A stretch of 64,000 nucleotides of DNA from Psammoneis japonica (taxonomy: Eukaryota). The DNA lies in NCBI GenBank assembly GCA_008632985.1, contig QPGO01000245.1, positions 1 to 64,000 on the forward strand, given 5' to 3'. Of the stretch, positions 12,743 to 24,599 are shown in pieces. A program made the translations under genes and the position numbers. Position 1 is the stretch's first letter; each line of letters opens with the position of its first letter. A model generated the notes under the pieces. That model made no database searches. It worked only from the letters and a program-made list of their open reading frames with translations, and was not told the origin of the DNA.

Positions 12743-15700
12743 TCAATGTTTTGAGCCACAGGAAGAACATTGTCAAAATTGGATGAACAAAGCACTTTGG
12801 GATCAAAGTTTTGGAAAACATGAGAGAATGAAGCAAATTTCAAATTTGGGAGCAACCCCAATGCTTGCTTGGAGTGTCAGCTGGGTTGCAAAAAGCCTCA
12901 ATGAAAGAATGAAAATTGAGAAAACCAGAAGCAATCACTTCGTGCACTCAGTGAAATGACATGGTGTGGTGCTTTGCTTGTGCAACTTGAAGTGTGGGAT
13001 CACAGCACTGTTCACAACAAGAACTGACTTCTTGTCATCACCAAACATGCAACCAGCATCATTGATCAGGACACCTGGGTGATGCAGAATGATGGTGTGC
13101 AGGTTGACAACCTGCTCTCCAAACAAGTCCTTGCAGCAACAAATTCTAACCCACATGTGGCAGCATTGATGGTGCTGTTTTGTTTCTTGGAGAGAACCAA
13201 CAGACCAGGAATTTGTCAAGGAAGCAGAGGATGCCTGCAACTGATCATGCAGTGAGAGAGATTTGGTGCATCAATGCAGCAGGTCACAGTGGTGCATTTG
13301 CCAAGGGTCTCAGGGGCATCCATCAGAAGCATCTCTTCCACATTGCCACACACGGTGGTGTGTGCCCAATCATGCACAGGTTTAGGAAGGTTGAAGCAGT
13401 TGGTTCCTTGGTGTGCACACACACACACACAAGGCTCCATGTTGCATCTTGGCATGGTCCAGATGGCAGCCTGGTGTGGTGCCACACAGAAGCTGGAGAG
13501 AGACATGACAGCCACAGTCACACAAATGCAACCAAGTGACACAGCCCATTGGAGGGACCCACCAAGAAGGGGCTGGAGCTGTTGAATGCCACCTGGTTCC
13601 AAAATTTGAAGATGTTGAGCTCAGGGTGATCTCTCTTGTCCAAAAAGGAAAACATGATGTTGTTGTGGCCTGGGTTTTCTTGCCAAAGAAATGTGTGCAG
13701 GTGTTGGCCATGTGCTCAATGTGCTTGCAGGGTGTGAGGCACAAAATGTGCCATTGGGGTCATGGGAAAAGTTGTGCCAAGGTGGAGCTCAATCAGCCCA
13801 GCACCTTTTAGCTTGAACTTGTGCTTTTCTTAAGGGCATCTGCAAAAGCCTGGGAATCCCTCATGGTTGTGGCCAAGTTGTCAACATGCACTGCACTGCA
13901 GCATGTTTGCAGTGGTCGCTGTCCCTGCACATCCAGATGCTGGGCTCAGCAAAGCATGGGAAGAATCCTCCAGAGCAAAGACAATCTGCAAACAAGCATC
14001 ATTTGTGCCTGCTTTGGCTGGAGATGTGGAGCCTGCACAGCACCTTGTGACTGACAAGAATGTGGCCTTCAAGGTTTCCAAACTTGGGTCTGGCAATGAT
14101 GCACAACCTCTCCTTGATGGTGGCTTTGAGGTGTGCATTGCCAATCATGTCCTCTGTGGCCCAAGTTTCTGGTTTGTTGAGCTTGGCCAGGAAGACCATC
14201 GGAGGGACACCATGGAGAGACACCACCCCAGAATGAATGCTGTTGACTGGGACATCAATCAAGTGCCCATGTGCTGCAAGACATGCCTTGTGGCATCCAC
14301 CACATTTGATGTCATGAGCAAAGTGCACATGGATCTTCTTGTGCCCCACAGGAGCTTGGAAGTTCTTGCATTGGTGGCCACAATCATGGAACATGGAGTG
14401 CTCATTGAGTTGGTTCATCTCAAGATCCATTGCATCTTCCCATTTGTGGTTCCCATTGCATTCATCAAGGGTCACGGCATGTTGATGGTCACCAGCAGGG
14501 ACTTTGCATCTGCACTTGCAGCAAGGTGCAGTGTGGAAGGACCTCTGCTCAGCTCAGTTGGCCATGTGGAACAGTTTCTTGTGATGTCTTGCAATGCCAC
14601 AGAAATGCTTCTGTGTCCAGGAGGCTGCTCTCACATGTGCAGATTGCTCACAGGTGACAGAGTCATCCTTGGCAATGATGGTCAGGAGTTCAGCTGTGAT
14701 CTCCCCAATCTCCCACTTGAGTGAGCCACTGCAGCTTGAGCCTTTCCACATGTGAGGCTGTGAGATCTCAGTGCGGAGGACCCTCATGCAAAAGGGTGTG
14801 TCAGAAAAATGTTGTCATTGCAAGCAAGAGTCACTTCATGTTCTTCATTGTTGATGGCGCAAATGAATTTGGCAAGTTCCAGGTCATTGATTGCTTTGCT
14901 GTTGTGGTCTTTGACTGCCTTGACCATGTGGGCTTGATGCCATTGTCTGTCCTCTTGTGGTTTTGCAAGGAAGGTGCATCCAACAATGTCCAATGGGTCA
15001 AAAGCTGGCATCTTGGGCGTCCTGATCTCCCCATCTAAAGGACCATCAGAGCTGGCATTGGGGCAGTCATGATGGGATGTGACAACAATGGGTGAAACAG
15101 TCTCCCCATCAAGAGGATTAAGACGCAAGTTGTGAGCCAGTGGATCATGGGTGACAGGGTGCATGTTGGACCTGAACATCAACACCTTCCAAACGTCATC
15201 AGAGAGAGAATCTTGAAAGTCATCTGGTGGCCCAAGTGTGTTTTGCTGTGCCAACAAAGTGGCCACACAGTGCCCAGGATTCAGGTGGCCAGCTGGATTC
15301 GTCAAGGTGGCAGCAGATGGGTTCCCACTGGTGAAAGTGAAGAGCGGGGCTCATGTGTGTTGGGTGGAGCCACTTGGCACCTTGGTGGGTGTGCACCAGC
15401 AGCACAGTTTGGTGGTTGGCAGATGCAGTGTGGTTTAAAAGAAAACACATGCACATGAGAGCAAGCAGCCACATTGATCCATGATGGTGTTGGCCATGTT
15501 CTTCTCTGTCTGGTGGCATCACTTGGCAAAGATCTGATGCTGCTGGTGAGGTTCACTTTGCCAGCTGGAGACAGAGCATGGAGAATCCCAACAACCTTGT
15601 TGCTGATCTCAACCTGAGTTTGATTGCTGATGAGCTTGGAGGGAGCACCACATTCATGGATGTCATCCTCAAGGGTGTCAACAAATTCTTTCTTGGTCTC

Positions 15701-17573
15701 AGTGCCACATGTGTCAATGACAAGCAATTCCACGCCAGCAAAGAGTTGAACACTGGCACAACCCAAGTGGATCACCGGGGTGTCTGAGCAAACCCTGCAA
15801 GTTGCAATGGGGGGTTGTTGCAGCAATTGAATGTTGAGTGCTGGGTTGGGAGACTTGCAGGCCTTTTTCAAGTGTGTGCTGGCATGCATGCAGGTGTGTT
15901 GCATCATGCAATCAAAGGTGGTGCAGCATGCAGTCTTCCCATCAGAACAAAGCCAAAGTGTGGTTGCAGGGAGATGCAGTCAGGGTCCTTGGGTTTGACC
16001 TCATGCTCATGGCACTTGCAAAAGAAATCAGATGTTGGCAGCCCATGATGCTCAATTAGATTCCCAGAGCATTGCATTGCATCACAACATGCTGATGACA
16101 GCAATTGCCACACTGGTCAAATGGGTTGGTGGTTGGGCAGTTCTGCAGTTCAGAGATGGCATCACACCACTCATCATTGGTGGTCAACACATGAGCAAGC
16201 ACCAATGGAGACATGGAGCAAATCACATTGTGGGTGTTGACATGACAACAAGTGCAGCCATTGAGCTCAATGTTGTTGGGTGCAGATGTCAAGGTGGCAG
16301 TGGGCTGGGACTTGTCAGGAGAGCAAGCCACCTCAGAGGACTTGTTGTCAGGCAACAAGAACTGTTGGAGCCCAGTGGCAGAGGTTTGTGCTGTGCATGG
16401 TGTGCTGGAATGGGGCTGTCATCTAGGACATCCACAGTGCTGTCAGATGTGCAGGGGGGGCTGGAGGCAGGGTGACATCATGAGACATGGCAAACAACTT
16501 GACATTTCCATCACTCCCCAGGTGAAGGTCATGGAGATTGACCATTGCTGAGTTGTGGCAGTTGGCAGCACAGGGCACATGGGACTCAAAGATGATCACC
16601 TTGGTGGATGGAGGCAATGTGCCCACCAGATGCACTGATTTCCCAGAGGGATGCAGTGCCATTGGTTGCTGGTGAGACTGGCCCTTTGTTGATGGGGTGC
16701 ACTTGCACTGTGGGAGGCACAGGCTTGAACAACATCAACATCACTGTCCTTGTCATTCTGCAGGAGGGATCCACTCAAAAACAGCAAACATGTGCTTCCC
16801 CTCATTGAAAAATTCCTGAGCTGTGGCAGTGGTGGGCCGGCAGCTTGGATCAAGAATGTGTGCTCATCATCCTGCACTTGGGCTTGAACAATGACAGAGT
16901 GCAATGTGTGCCACTGCTTGTCATAAAAACATCAGGGTCATGCTTGATGCCACACTTGAAATCATGGAGGGGATCATGGTGGCAAAGAGCTGGGTGCAGG
17001 AGCAGAGGAGGGAGCTGCACCTGCTGTGATGACAGAGATGCCACACACTTGGGGCTGAGACAACACCCACAAAACTCTTTAGCAGGTGCAAACAAGTGGG
17101 GGTCATTGCTGACATCAGTGCCTCCACACCCTTCTTCAGTGTAAAAGCCAATCAAAGCCAATGGCAGACTTTGGCAGCCACATGGCAGAGCGACACAATT
17201 GGTGCCATCATCACAGATGGAGAGCAGCCTGGCACAAATGTGTGAACACATCCTTGCATGAGTCTGACCCATCAACAGGCAAGGCAGAGTGGAGAGGGCT
17301 GTCTGCAACTTGACTCAACACTGCTGTGTTGAGGATGTGCTCAAGGCCCTGAGTTTGTTGTTGCCTGGTGAGAACCATGTTGATGGCAAGAAGCACAGAA
17401 GGCACAGAAATGGCTGGTGGAGAAAACAAAAACTGAGCTTCTTGGTTTTTAAATCCAAGCCGCAGAAGGTGAGTTAACATGTTTCCGCCAATGCAGCAAG
17501 CAGCATGTCGAAAAACAATGATGACATGCTGGGTGCTCAGTGTGGTGTCAACAGTGCCAAAGCTGTTGATCTG

Positions 17574-17795
17574 ACAGAAATTGAATGAAAACTGGTGGCA
17601 AGACAAGCAACACTTCTCCCTGCTGTCCAAATGGCACATGGGTCACCATGCAGAGACCATTGCAGGAGCCAAAAAAGACATGCATCATGTTGTTGGCATG
17701 CATGCACTGATGCATGAAGACAAGAGCACACACAACTGCATGAGACAAATCTCGCACAACTCACATCCTGTTCAAATCATTCAAATCCTGTGACA
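17574..17795 (-). repeat. 5' LTR relic of the Copia element
   Basis: Same three blocks as 12584-12742, lying upstream of gag. The minus strand begins TGTCACAGG. Confidence 0.75.
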
Positions 17796-18471
17796 GTGAG
17801 TCATGCAGAGAGTGCCCCTCAAGCAGCTGTTCACCCTGCCAACTGGGGAGCTCAAGCTCCCAACCCTCAACTCCAAAGACAAAAGCTCTGCCATTGAGCC
17901 ACAGCAGCTGTGCTCACCTGTGTGCAATTTTTTTGTGGGTGTTCAAATCCCGCTGGTTGATGGCTGGCAGAGGGGCACAGAGCTTGCTTGGCTGGACCGC
18001 TGCTGTGTGGTGTGTGTGATGTGGCCCCAAAGCAAAAGTTGTGTGTTGGCATGGCACAGCACAAATTTGTTTGAGGCTTTGTCAATCACCAGCCTCGTGC
18101 AGGAAAGAGGAGAACCTCCCTCTGCTGTGCACCAACACACAGCCCCCTCTCTTGTTCCAAGTGCACTCTGCATTGCTTGCCATTGCACCAAATTCTGGGT
18201 GAGAGGTTGGCCAGCATGGGGTCAAAGCAAGAGGAGATCATCTGATGAGTGGACACTGTGCTTGAGATGGCAAAAACACCTCAGCAACCTCAAAGACAGA
18301 GCTGAGCTTTGTCATTCATTGTGCTTCAAATGTGGCAAAACCTTTTGTGTGCATGATGTGTGACAGTGAGAGTGCAGCAGCTGCAGCTCAATGGCAGAAC
18401 TTGTGTCTTTGGGGAATGAAAGGACAGGGGCTCAAGCCCCCCCAGCCAGCCAGAGTGGCTTCTGCTTGAGG

Positions 18472-18474
<3 letters not shown>

Positions 18475-18510
<36 letters not shown>

Positions 18511-18534
18511 GTCTCTCCCTCCCTCTCTCTCTCT
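18475..18534. repeat. (CT)n/(GA)n microsatellite
   Basis: Directly visible, imperfect at its 3' end. Confidence 0.95.
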
Positions 18535-18874
18535 GGTGAAACAAGTTGATTGGCACAGACAATCATCCATCAAATCATGTGACTGACAACTGGAGCAGCT
18601 GGAGTCAACAGCTGCAATTTGGGTGCTCATTTCAGCCACACAACAACAGCAAGGCACAGGATTGTTGGCCAAAGTCAGGAGCAAGTTTTCTGCAGTGGCT
18701 TCATCAACAGCCAGCTGTGCTGTTGCCAGCACAAGATGGAGGCTGTTGCATGAAAAGATCCAAGGGGCAGGCAGACAGTGAGCAGTTGTCAAGTGGGCAC
18801 ATTGCTCTCCCTGTCTGTTGCTCCATCTCTCTCTTCCTCTGTGCGTGTCTCTGTCTCTCCGGCTCTCAGCTGCC

Positions 18875-19090
18875 GCCCCCTGTTTGCAGCCCTGTGGGAC
18901 AAAACTTTGGGGCCATGTTTGGGTGCAAAAGGAGGTTGCCAAGGTTCTAGGATCCTCAGCTGCAACAGACAATCATGCGGTCAAGCCCAGCAGCACATTG
19001 TGGGGCATGGCTGCACCGCAGGTTTGAGAGCGGCTGAGAGTGGCGAGAGCTGGGTGGGCCAAAGGAGCAGCGCCAAAGCTTGATCTCACA
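18875..19090 (-). mobile_element. Degenerate 3'-end fragment of a Penelope-like RT, related to the element at 26010-26220
   Basis: Shares ctgtttgca..ggacaaaact..gggccat, caacagacaatcatgcggtcaag and ggtttgagag with the element at 26 kb. Translates GLDRMIVCCS. A CT-rich tract is adjacent. Confidence 0.75.
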
Positions 19091-19436
19091 AAAGCAGCAT
19101 TTGAGAGTGGTTGAGAGTGATGAGCTGGGTGGGCTAAAGTGCCAAAGCTTGATCTCACAAAAGCAACCATGGCTCAAAGGCAAAGCTGTTGTTGCTGGCC
19201 CGCTCTTGATTTGGGCACAGCGGGAGAGACAGCCGCTGGAGGAGCATGCCCCACCTGCCCTCTTCCTTTTTGCCAACAAGCTGCCAGTGGCAGCAGGGGG
19301 GGAGTGGCTGGTCAGCTGGACGAAAGAGGACAAAGCAGGTTTTTGCAGTGATGCTGGCTGGTGGCAGCAGCCACAGCTTCATTTGGACAACACAGCATCA
19401 CGCTTTATGTAGCGTAAAAATTATTTTCGAGGTAGC

Positions 19437-19508
19437 GCAGCCGTGGCTCAATGGTAGAGCTTTCGTCTTCGGAACGAAAGGTTGGGGGTTCGAGTCCCCT
19501 CGGTTGTA
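19437..19508 (+). tRNA. tRNA-Arg (anticodon UCG)
   Basis: Cloverleaf with acceptor GCAGCCG/CGGTTGT, D arm GCTC-AATGGTA-GAGC, anticodon arm TTCGT-CT TCG GA-ACGAA and T arm GGGGG-TTCGAGT-CCCCT. A T-run follows downstream. Confidence 0.9.
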
Positions 19509-20345
19509 AAATTGGCATTTTTATTATTTATTTGAAATGCTTTCGTCGAGCATTCAACATTCACCATCCTTTTCGCTCTTTTGGTTGCTTTTCTGTGTGG
19601 GACGACGCCAAGTCGAGTAGGGCCCTATTGTAACACTCCCAAGGACAAATAATCCGGTATTTTGGAGGCCGCCAGTGCCAGAACATTCTTGGTGAAAGGT
19701 GAATTTATGGAAGGATATCCCACCGAAGATGGACTGACAGCGCAAGATTTGATCCAATCCGTCCGGTCAGGGCGTTGGCATAAGCACCACGCATCGGCAC
19801 CAAAGGCGTGCCTTTTTTCTCAAGTCTACACCGCATTTTGTCAGCAAACGGCCACTGTGGAGCTCGCAGGCCGGGTCTTGCTCGATTAGAGACTCCCTGC
19901 AATTCAGTGACGGATCAAAGTGAATGCTGGATGCCGGATGCTGCATCGATTGCGGCAGACAATGGAATAATAATTGAAGCAAAAATCAGCGATCGAGATG
20001 TCTCGATTTCAATGCTCACTTTTCCAACCCAAAAAGGACGACGTTCTCGGCTGCGATCCTTTGGCTGAGATGCAGGGGCGCGATCCACTGCGAGACTGGA
20101 GCACTGATATTGCTGGTGGCTTTGGCAAGGCGCGTGGCTGAAACGACCATGACAATCATATCGGGCCCTAGAATTTCAGAGTAAATGGAAAGCCGCTTTG
20201 GCGCAATCTTGGAACTACGAGCCGATGACGAGCACCGGTACCATACTATTTATACACGTACACGCGTGACGACGCTAAAAATGTCTATGAGTGAAGGTCA
20301 ATCGAGCGATGATTACTAATTGTAGAACAAACGGAAGCTCCTCAT

Positions 20346-21499
20346 CTACTCCATACACCAGCTCATGCGAGGTCCCCAAAAGTCTCGCTGATGAATCCAA
20401 GAATTGGCTGCGTACTTTACCCCCTTACGGACAGGCATTGCGGAATGCTCTGTTCTTTCGTCGATTTCGTTTGGTTTATCGTTCAAGACATTTGGCCAAA
20501 GAAGGGCACGTCCACGTTTCGGATGAAAAGTCAAGTCCAGTCCGGGAAAGTGTGTTTCTCCCCCATCCTCGACACTATTCAAGTACAAGAAAAAGTCATG
20601 ATCCGCACTCCGTATTGCCTGTAGTAATCCGGCCTATCATAGTCACAATGGGCTTCATACATCTGTCCTTCTTCATATCGTAATAGCTGCAAGTCTTCCG
20701 AATGTGTGGTCGGAATACCAGTGATGTTGGCAATACGTTCCAACACTCCTTTTGCCACGACATCACCGTGGCATTCTGTGCACCAGGCTTGACAAGAAGT
20801 GCGTCCCTCGTGAAAGTATGTTTGATATGTACCATCAGGGAGATATTCACCCCAGTCGTCGCTTCGTACGTATTCTGCTTCGTGACCCATCTGGATAAGA
20901 TGATTGGCTTCTTGTTCTGACATAACGTTTTCCAAACTAACGATCCATGGACCTAGCTTGTAGTCTGCTGTCTCATGGTTGTCGCCTTTGGCGTACGTGG
21001 GCCGTGACCATACCTTGGATTCAAACGACTGCACGTGTGGGTCTTCTATCAGATCTTCGAAAAACTTATTGAGATCACCTGGCCCCCAAATGTCGGGTTC
21101 ATCGGGATCAGTTGGACATCGCGTTTCGTATTCCATCATCTCACACTGGAAACAAACAGGAGCGCAATTGTAGCGCATATAGGGGTCGTCACAATGCCCA
21201 TCCACTGCCCAAACAACACAATTCTCGTCTCGATTCTTGCATCGAGGCACCAATGGCATCAAATCTTCATCTTCAGCGGCCCATTCCATGTAGCCCTGTG
21301 TCATGGTAACACGATCTACGTGTTCTTCGTTATCCATGTCGATGACTTGCTCTACGCCAGTGTCAACTTCGTCATCAACCGCAGGCGCAACGTCATCATC
21401 GCTACAGAGTTTACCGTTACAGAAGGCTCGCTCGTGTTCGTCACCAAAGCACTGACGAGATAGAAACAGGATAACAATTAGGAGCCCCTTGCTTGCCAT
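20346..21499 (-). CDS. Prolyl 4-hydroxylase (2OG-Fe(II) oxygenase) with signal peptide and ShKT domain; one 1-bp frameshift at about 20592
   Basis: ShKT-like CKNRDENCVVWAVDGHC..CAPVC, then RTS, SEDLQLLRYEEGQMYEAHCD, YLNSVEDGGETHFP, PKRGRALLW and RTEHSAMPVRKGVKYAANSWIH. A T5 run stands where T6 would restore TFFLYLN. Confidence 0.9.
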
Positions 21500-22899
21500 T
21501 CTTCTGCATGATTCGTTCTTGAATAACGGAGCAACATTTATTTTGTGAGCGAAGTAATTAGCACAACGCACAACACACACACACTCTGGCGAGTCAGTCA
21601 TTCGAGTTTCCATTTTGATGACCTCAAAATGACTTCGTCTGTGCGCCCGTTCCGGTTGGTCTCACTGGTTGTTCAGACCAAGAATCAATCGCCTCACCGC
21701 AAAGTGAAAAACAGGCAGTGGACAAAAAGCCAAGCATGAACCTATGACACTGTGCTGTTGAGCCGGCAAGTCACTGTCACCAAAAGGGAATCCTGCCAGG
21801 CTTCCTGTGCCACTCATTCTTGCACTTGCCCTGTTGCTGTGTCGGCTGTGGCTCGCCTCAACATCGAATGTCAAACGTGTGCCAACAGATTGTTGGGTGG
21901 CAACAGATGGCACTTGTTGTTCTCAATCAACCAGATGATTCACTCCAAAGAGTGAGCAGAAAAAAGTCAGTGAGATCATGACAGATGATGGAGAGAAGAT
22001 CCTCCAAAGAAAACAGCAGTCAGCATCCTCAACTCGCCACGTCAGCGCTCAAAAGATGCAGCTGCATTTCCAGGTCACAGGTGGAACCCCTTGAGCCAAA
22101 GGCTTCAACATGTGCCAACCATGGTTGCTGCCAAAACCATCAACACAAATTCACTCACATTTCTGCTCTCAGAGGGGGTGACTCTCAACAAGCTTGAAAA
22201 TTGATGGCACACATTCTGGCACACACAAGGTCAAGCAAAGTTCTTCAAAAGCCATTGCTCGGTTGACACATCATTGGCATTTAAAAAGTCCTTGTCATCC
22301 ATCTGAGGGACAATGTGTTTTCTTCCCTTTGTGGATGCTGCAGCTTGACAGATCTTTTGCTTTTTTCTGTGACCTTGTTTGCCTTGTTCTTCTTGTCCTT
22401 GGTGCGTTCATCATTGCACATGCACACGCAGCCAGACAACCCAAGTGGAGGCCTTTTGGGCAGCAGCAATGTTGAGGTAGCTTTGGAAATGTGGTCATAA
22501 AGAATGACATGCAAAAACAATGTGGATCCCATGAAGGGGTGCTGGAAACACATTTTTCACAAGACAAAACATCATGTTCATGTTCTCTGAATTTTGTGTG
22601 TCAACATTCCCTGCCCTGAACAATGCTTGCATGCCACCCCAACAGCAGCCATGGTGCATTTGGTGCCAATGTGACATGCTTGACAGGCAATTCACAAATG
22701 TGTCAACAGGCTTTTTCAATCACTTCTTGAGTGTGTGTCCACCACAGCTGTCGCCCGTGCACAAAAAGAACATCAGCTCAGAGAAAAACAGCTGAAAGAA
22801 GAAAGCTCTCACACCACTCTCATTCCTCCACACCTTTCACAGCTCCATCAAAAGTCAGAGGTGAACAGAGCACTGGCATTTGTCAATGTTTCACCGTGT

Positions 22900-24210
22900 C
22901 TTCAACAGCAGGACACTTGAGGTTCCAAAGCTCCAGAGTGAAAGGATCCCACGACGGCGGCACCAGCCATCCTGACAACAACAAACTGAGGGCATTGGTG
23001 TCTGGCAGATCCCAGGTGACACTTTTGGGAATTGCAGCTGGGTGTTGAAAGGTTGACCTTGTGTTGTTGAGGCCCCATGTCATCTTGTTCCTGACAGCAG
23101 GTGAGCAGATTTGACTTTCCCAACTCCAGAGTGTCTGGTGGGCCCCAGGAGTGACTTCAAGAATGGTGGCTGAGCACTGCAAGATTGATCTCATGGCATT
23201 GTGGTCCCATGTCACCTTGTCCCCAACAGCAGCAGACTTGACTTTCCCAATGCCAGAGAGCAACAATCTCATGATGGCACCAACCAACCAAACAGCTGCA
23301 AGCTGAGGTCATTGGTGGTGTGTGGCAGACCCCAGGCAAGACTTTGAGAACTGTGGCCAAGCATTGCAAAAGGTTGATGTTGTGGTGTTGTGGTCCCATG
23401 CCATGTTGTCCTCAATGGCAGCTGACTTGAGTTTCTAAACTCCACAATGCAAAGATCCCATGACATGCCAGTGCACCTGACAACAGCATCAGCCTGAGGA
23501 CATTGCCTGGCAGTGTCTTGTTTGCCCCAGGTGAGACTTTGAAGGAACTGGTGGGGTGCTGCAAGGTTGATCTTGTGGCACTGTGGCCCCATGTCACCTT
23601 GTCCCCAACAGCCACAGACATGACTTTCTCAACTCCAGAGTGAGGAAAGGAGGACCCCGTGACAGCACCAGCCAATCCAAGAGCTGCCACCTGAGGACAC
23701 TGACAGTGTCTGGTGGATGAACAGCAAGACTTTAAGAGCTGTGGTTGAGTGCTGCAAGGTTGATCTTGCGGTGTTGTGGCCCCATGTCAGCTTGTTGTCT
23801 CTGGCAGCAACAGAAAACTTGAGTTTCCCATGTCCAGAATGCAAGGATTCCATTGTGGTGCTGGCCAACCTGACAACTGCAAGCTGAGGGCATTGGGCCC
23901 CAAGCAACATGCTCCTGAGAGCTGGGGATGAGTTTGCAAGGTTGACATTGTGGTGTTGTTGCCCAATGCCACCTTGTCCCCGTCAGAAGCAGACTTGACT
24001 TTCCAAACTCCAGAGCAAAATGATGCCATGACAGTGCCATCCATCCTGTCAACAGCAAGCTGCAGGCCTTGGTGGTGTTCAGCAAATCCCAGGCAACACT
24101 TCTTAGAGCTGTTGTGGCTGGGCATTGAAAAGTCAATCTTGTGTCATTGTGGCCCCATGTCACCTTTTCCTCAACAGCAGCAGATTTGAGTTTCTGAAAT
24201 CCAGAGTGAC
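22900..24210. repeat. Degenerate tandem repeat, about 190-bp unit, about 7 copies
   Basis: The anchor ggYcccatgtcacctt recurs at about 23071, 23203, 23392, 23585, 23778, 23961 and 24151, each followed by ..actccagag. Confidence 0.85.
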
Positions 24211-24599
24211 TGGTTCAAAGGTTTTTGATTGATGAATGGCAGTGGGTGAGAATGCAAGAAACATGAAGTTGTTTGCAATGGCAAAATGGCATGAGGAAAA
24301 TGGAGAACTTTGCATTGGCATTTTTGAAGCAAGTTTCACTTTGCTGGAAGCAATGAAAAACTGCAATGATCAGACAAGCCATCTTTCACCCTGATCTAAA
24401 GCTCAAGTGAGAATGGATCTTGTTGGAAGATTGGTTGAGATGCAAGTCAGAAATGTCAAACTGAGCTTTGTTGGTGGCACACAACACAACTTTTGGAAGC
24501 TTGCAGCCTCTTCAAGCTTTCCTTCCATGAGTTGTCAAATGAGTTTGCATGGCTGGTGTTGTTGACAACACAGCAGTTGCAATGTGGCACCAATCATCC

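Larger units (their letters stand above)
12580..17795 (-). mobile_element. Near full-length, hypermutated Ty1/Copia LTR retrotransposon (gag-IN-RT-RNaseH) with both LTR relics
   Basis: gag starts MVLTRQQQ at 17378 and includes DFKCGIKHDP. Integrase HLKKACKSPNPALN..SDTP..FVDTLEDDI..GAPSKLIS lies at 15600-15880. RT includes KWEDAMDLEM..HKKIHVHF..HSGVVSL..IGNAHL (14000-14475) and GSLQWAVSLG. RNase H includes MFGDDKKSV..IPHFKLHK (about 13000). The IN-RT-RH order is Copia. Confidence 0.92.
4700..19405. other. Hypermutated repeat domain A (TpA- and CpG-depleted, CA/TG-rich nest of TE relics)
   Basis: By eye almost no TA or CG over about 14.7 kb. Remaining TA is mostly TTAA/TTAG/CTAA/CTAG. Normal composition resumes abruptly at about 19406. 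Confidence 0.9.

Noticed and set aside
18236..18280. ctgatgag as a further hammerhead core
   Set aside because: No properly placed GAAA or supporting stems.
5270..19400. Large number of short Cys/His/Gln-rich ORFs in all six frames (also 21.7-25.7, 29.8-32.5 and 55.7-60.5 kb)
   Set aside because: These are a by-product of TpA loss (few TAA/TAG stops) and CA/TG excess in TE relics, not genes or metal-binding peptides.
19530..20290. Gene fragment downstream of the tRNA (also 61850-62390)
   Set aside because: Only short interrupted ORFs, which I cannot assign.
20575..20600. Programmed frameshifting or pseudogene status for P4H (likewise VWA8 at about 40387/40541 and the SRPBCC gene at about 44978/45017)
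   Set aside because: These are single-base indels, mostly in short homopolymers, in otherwise intact genes. Sequencing or assembly error is the simplest explanation and needs a read check.
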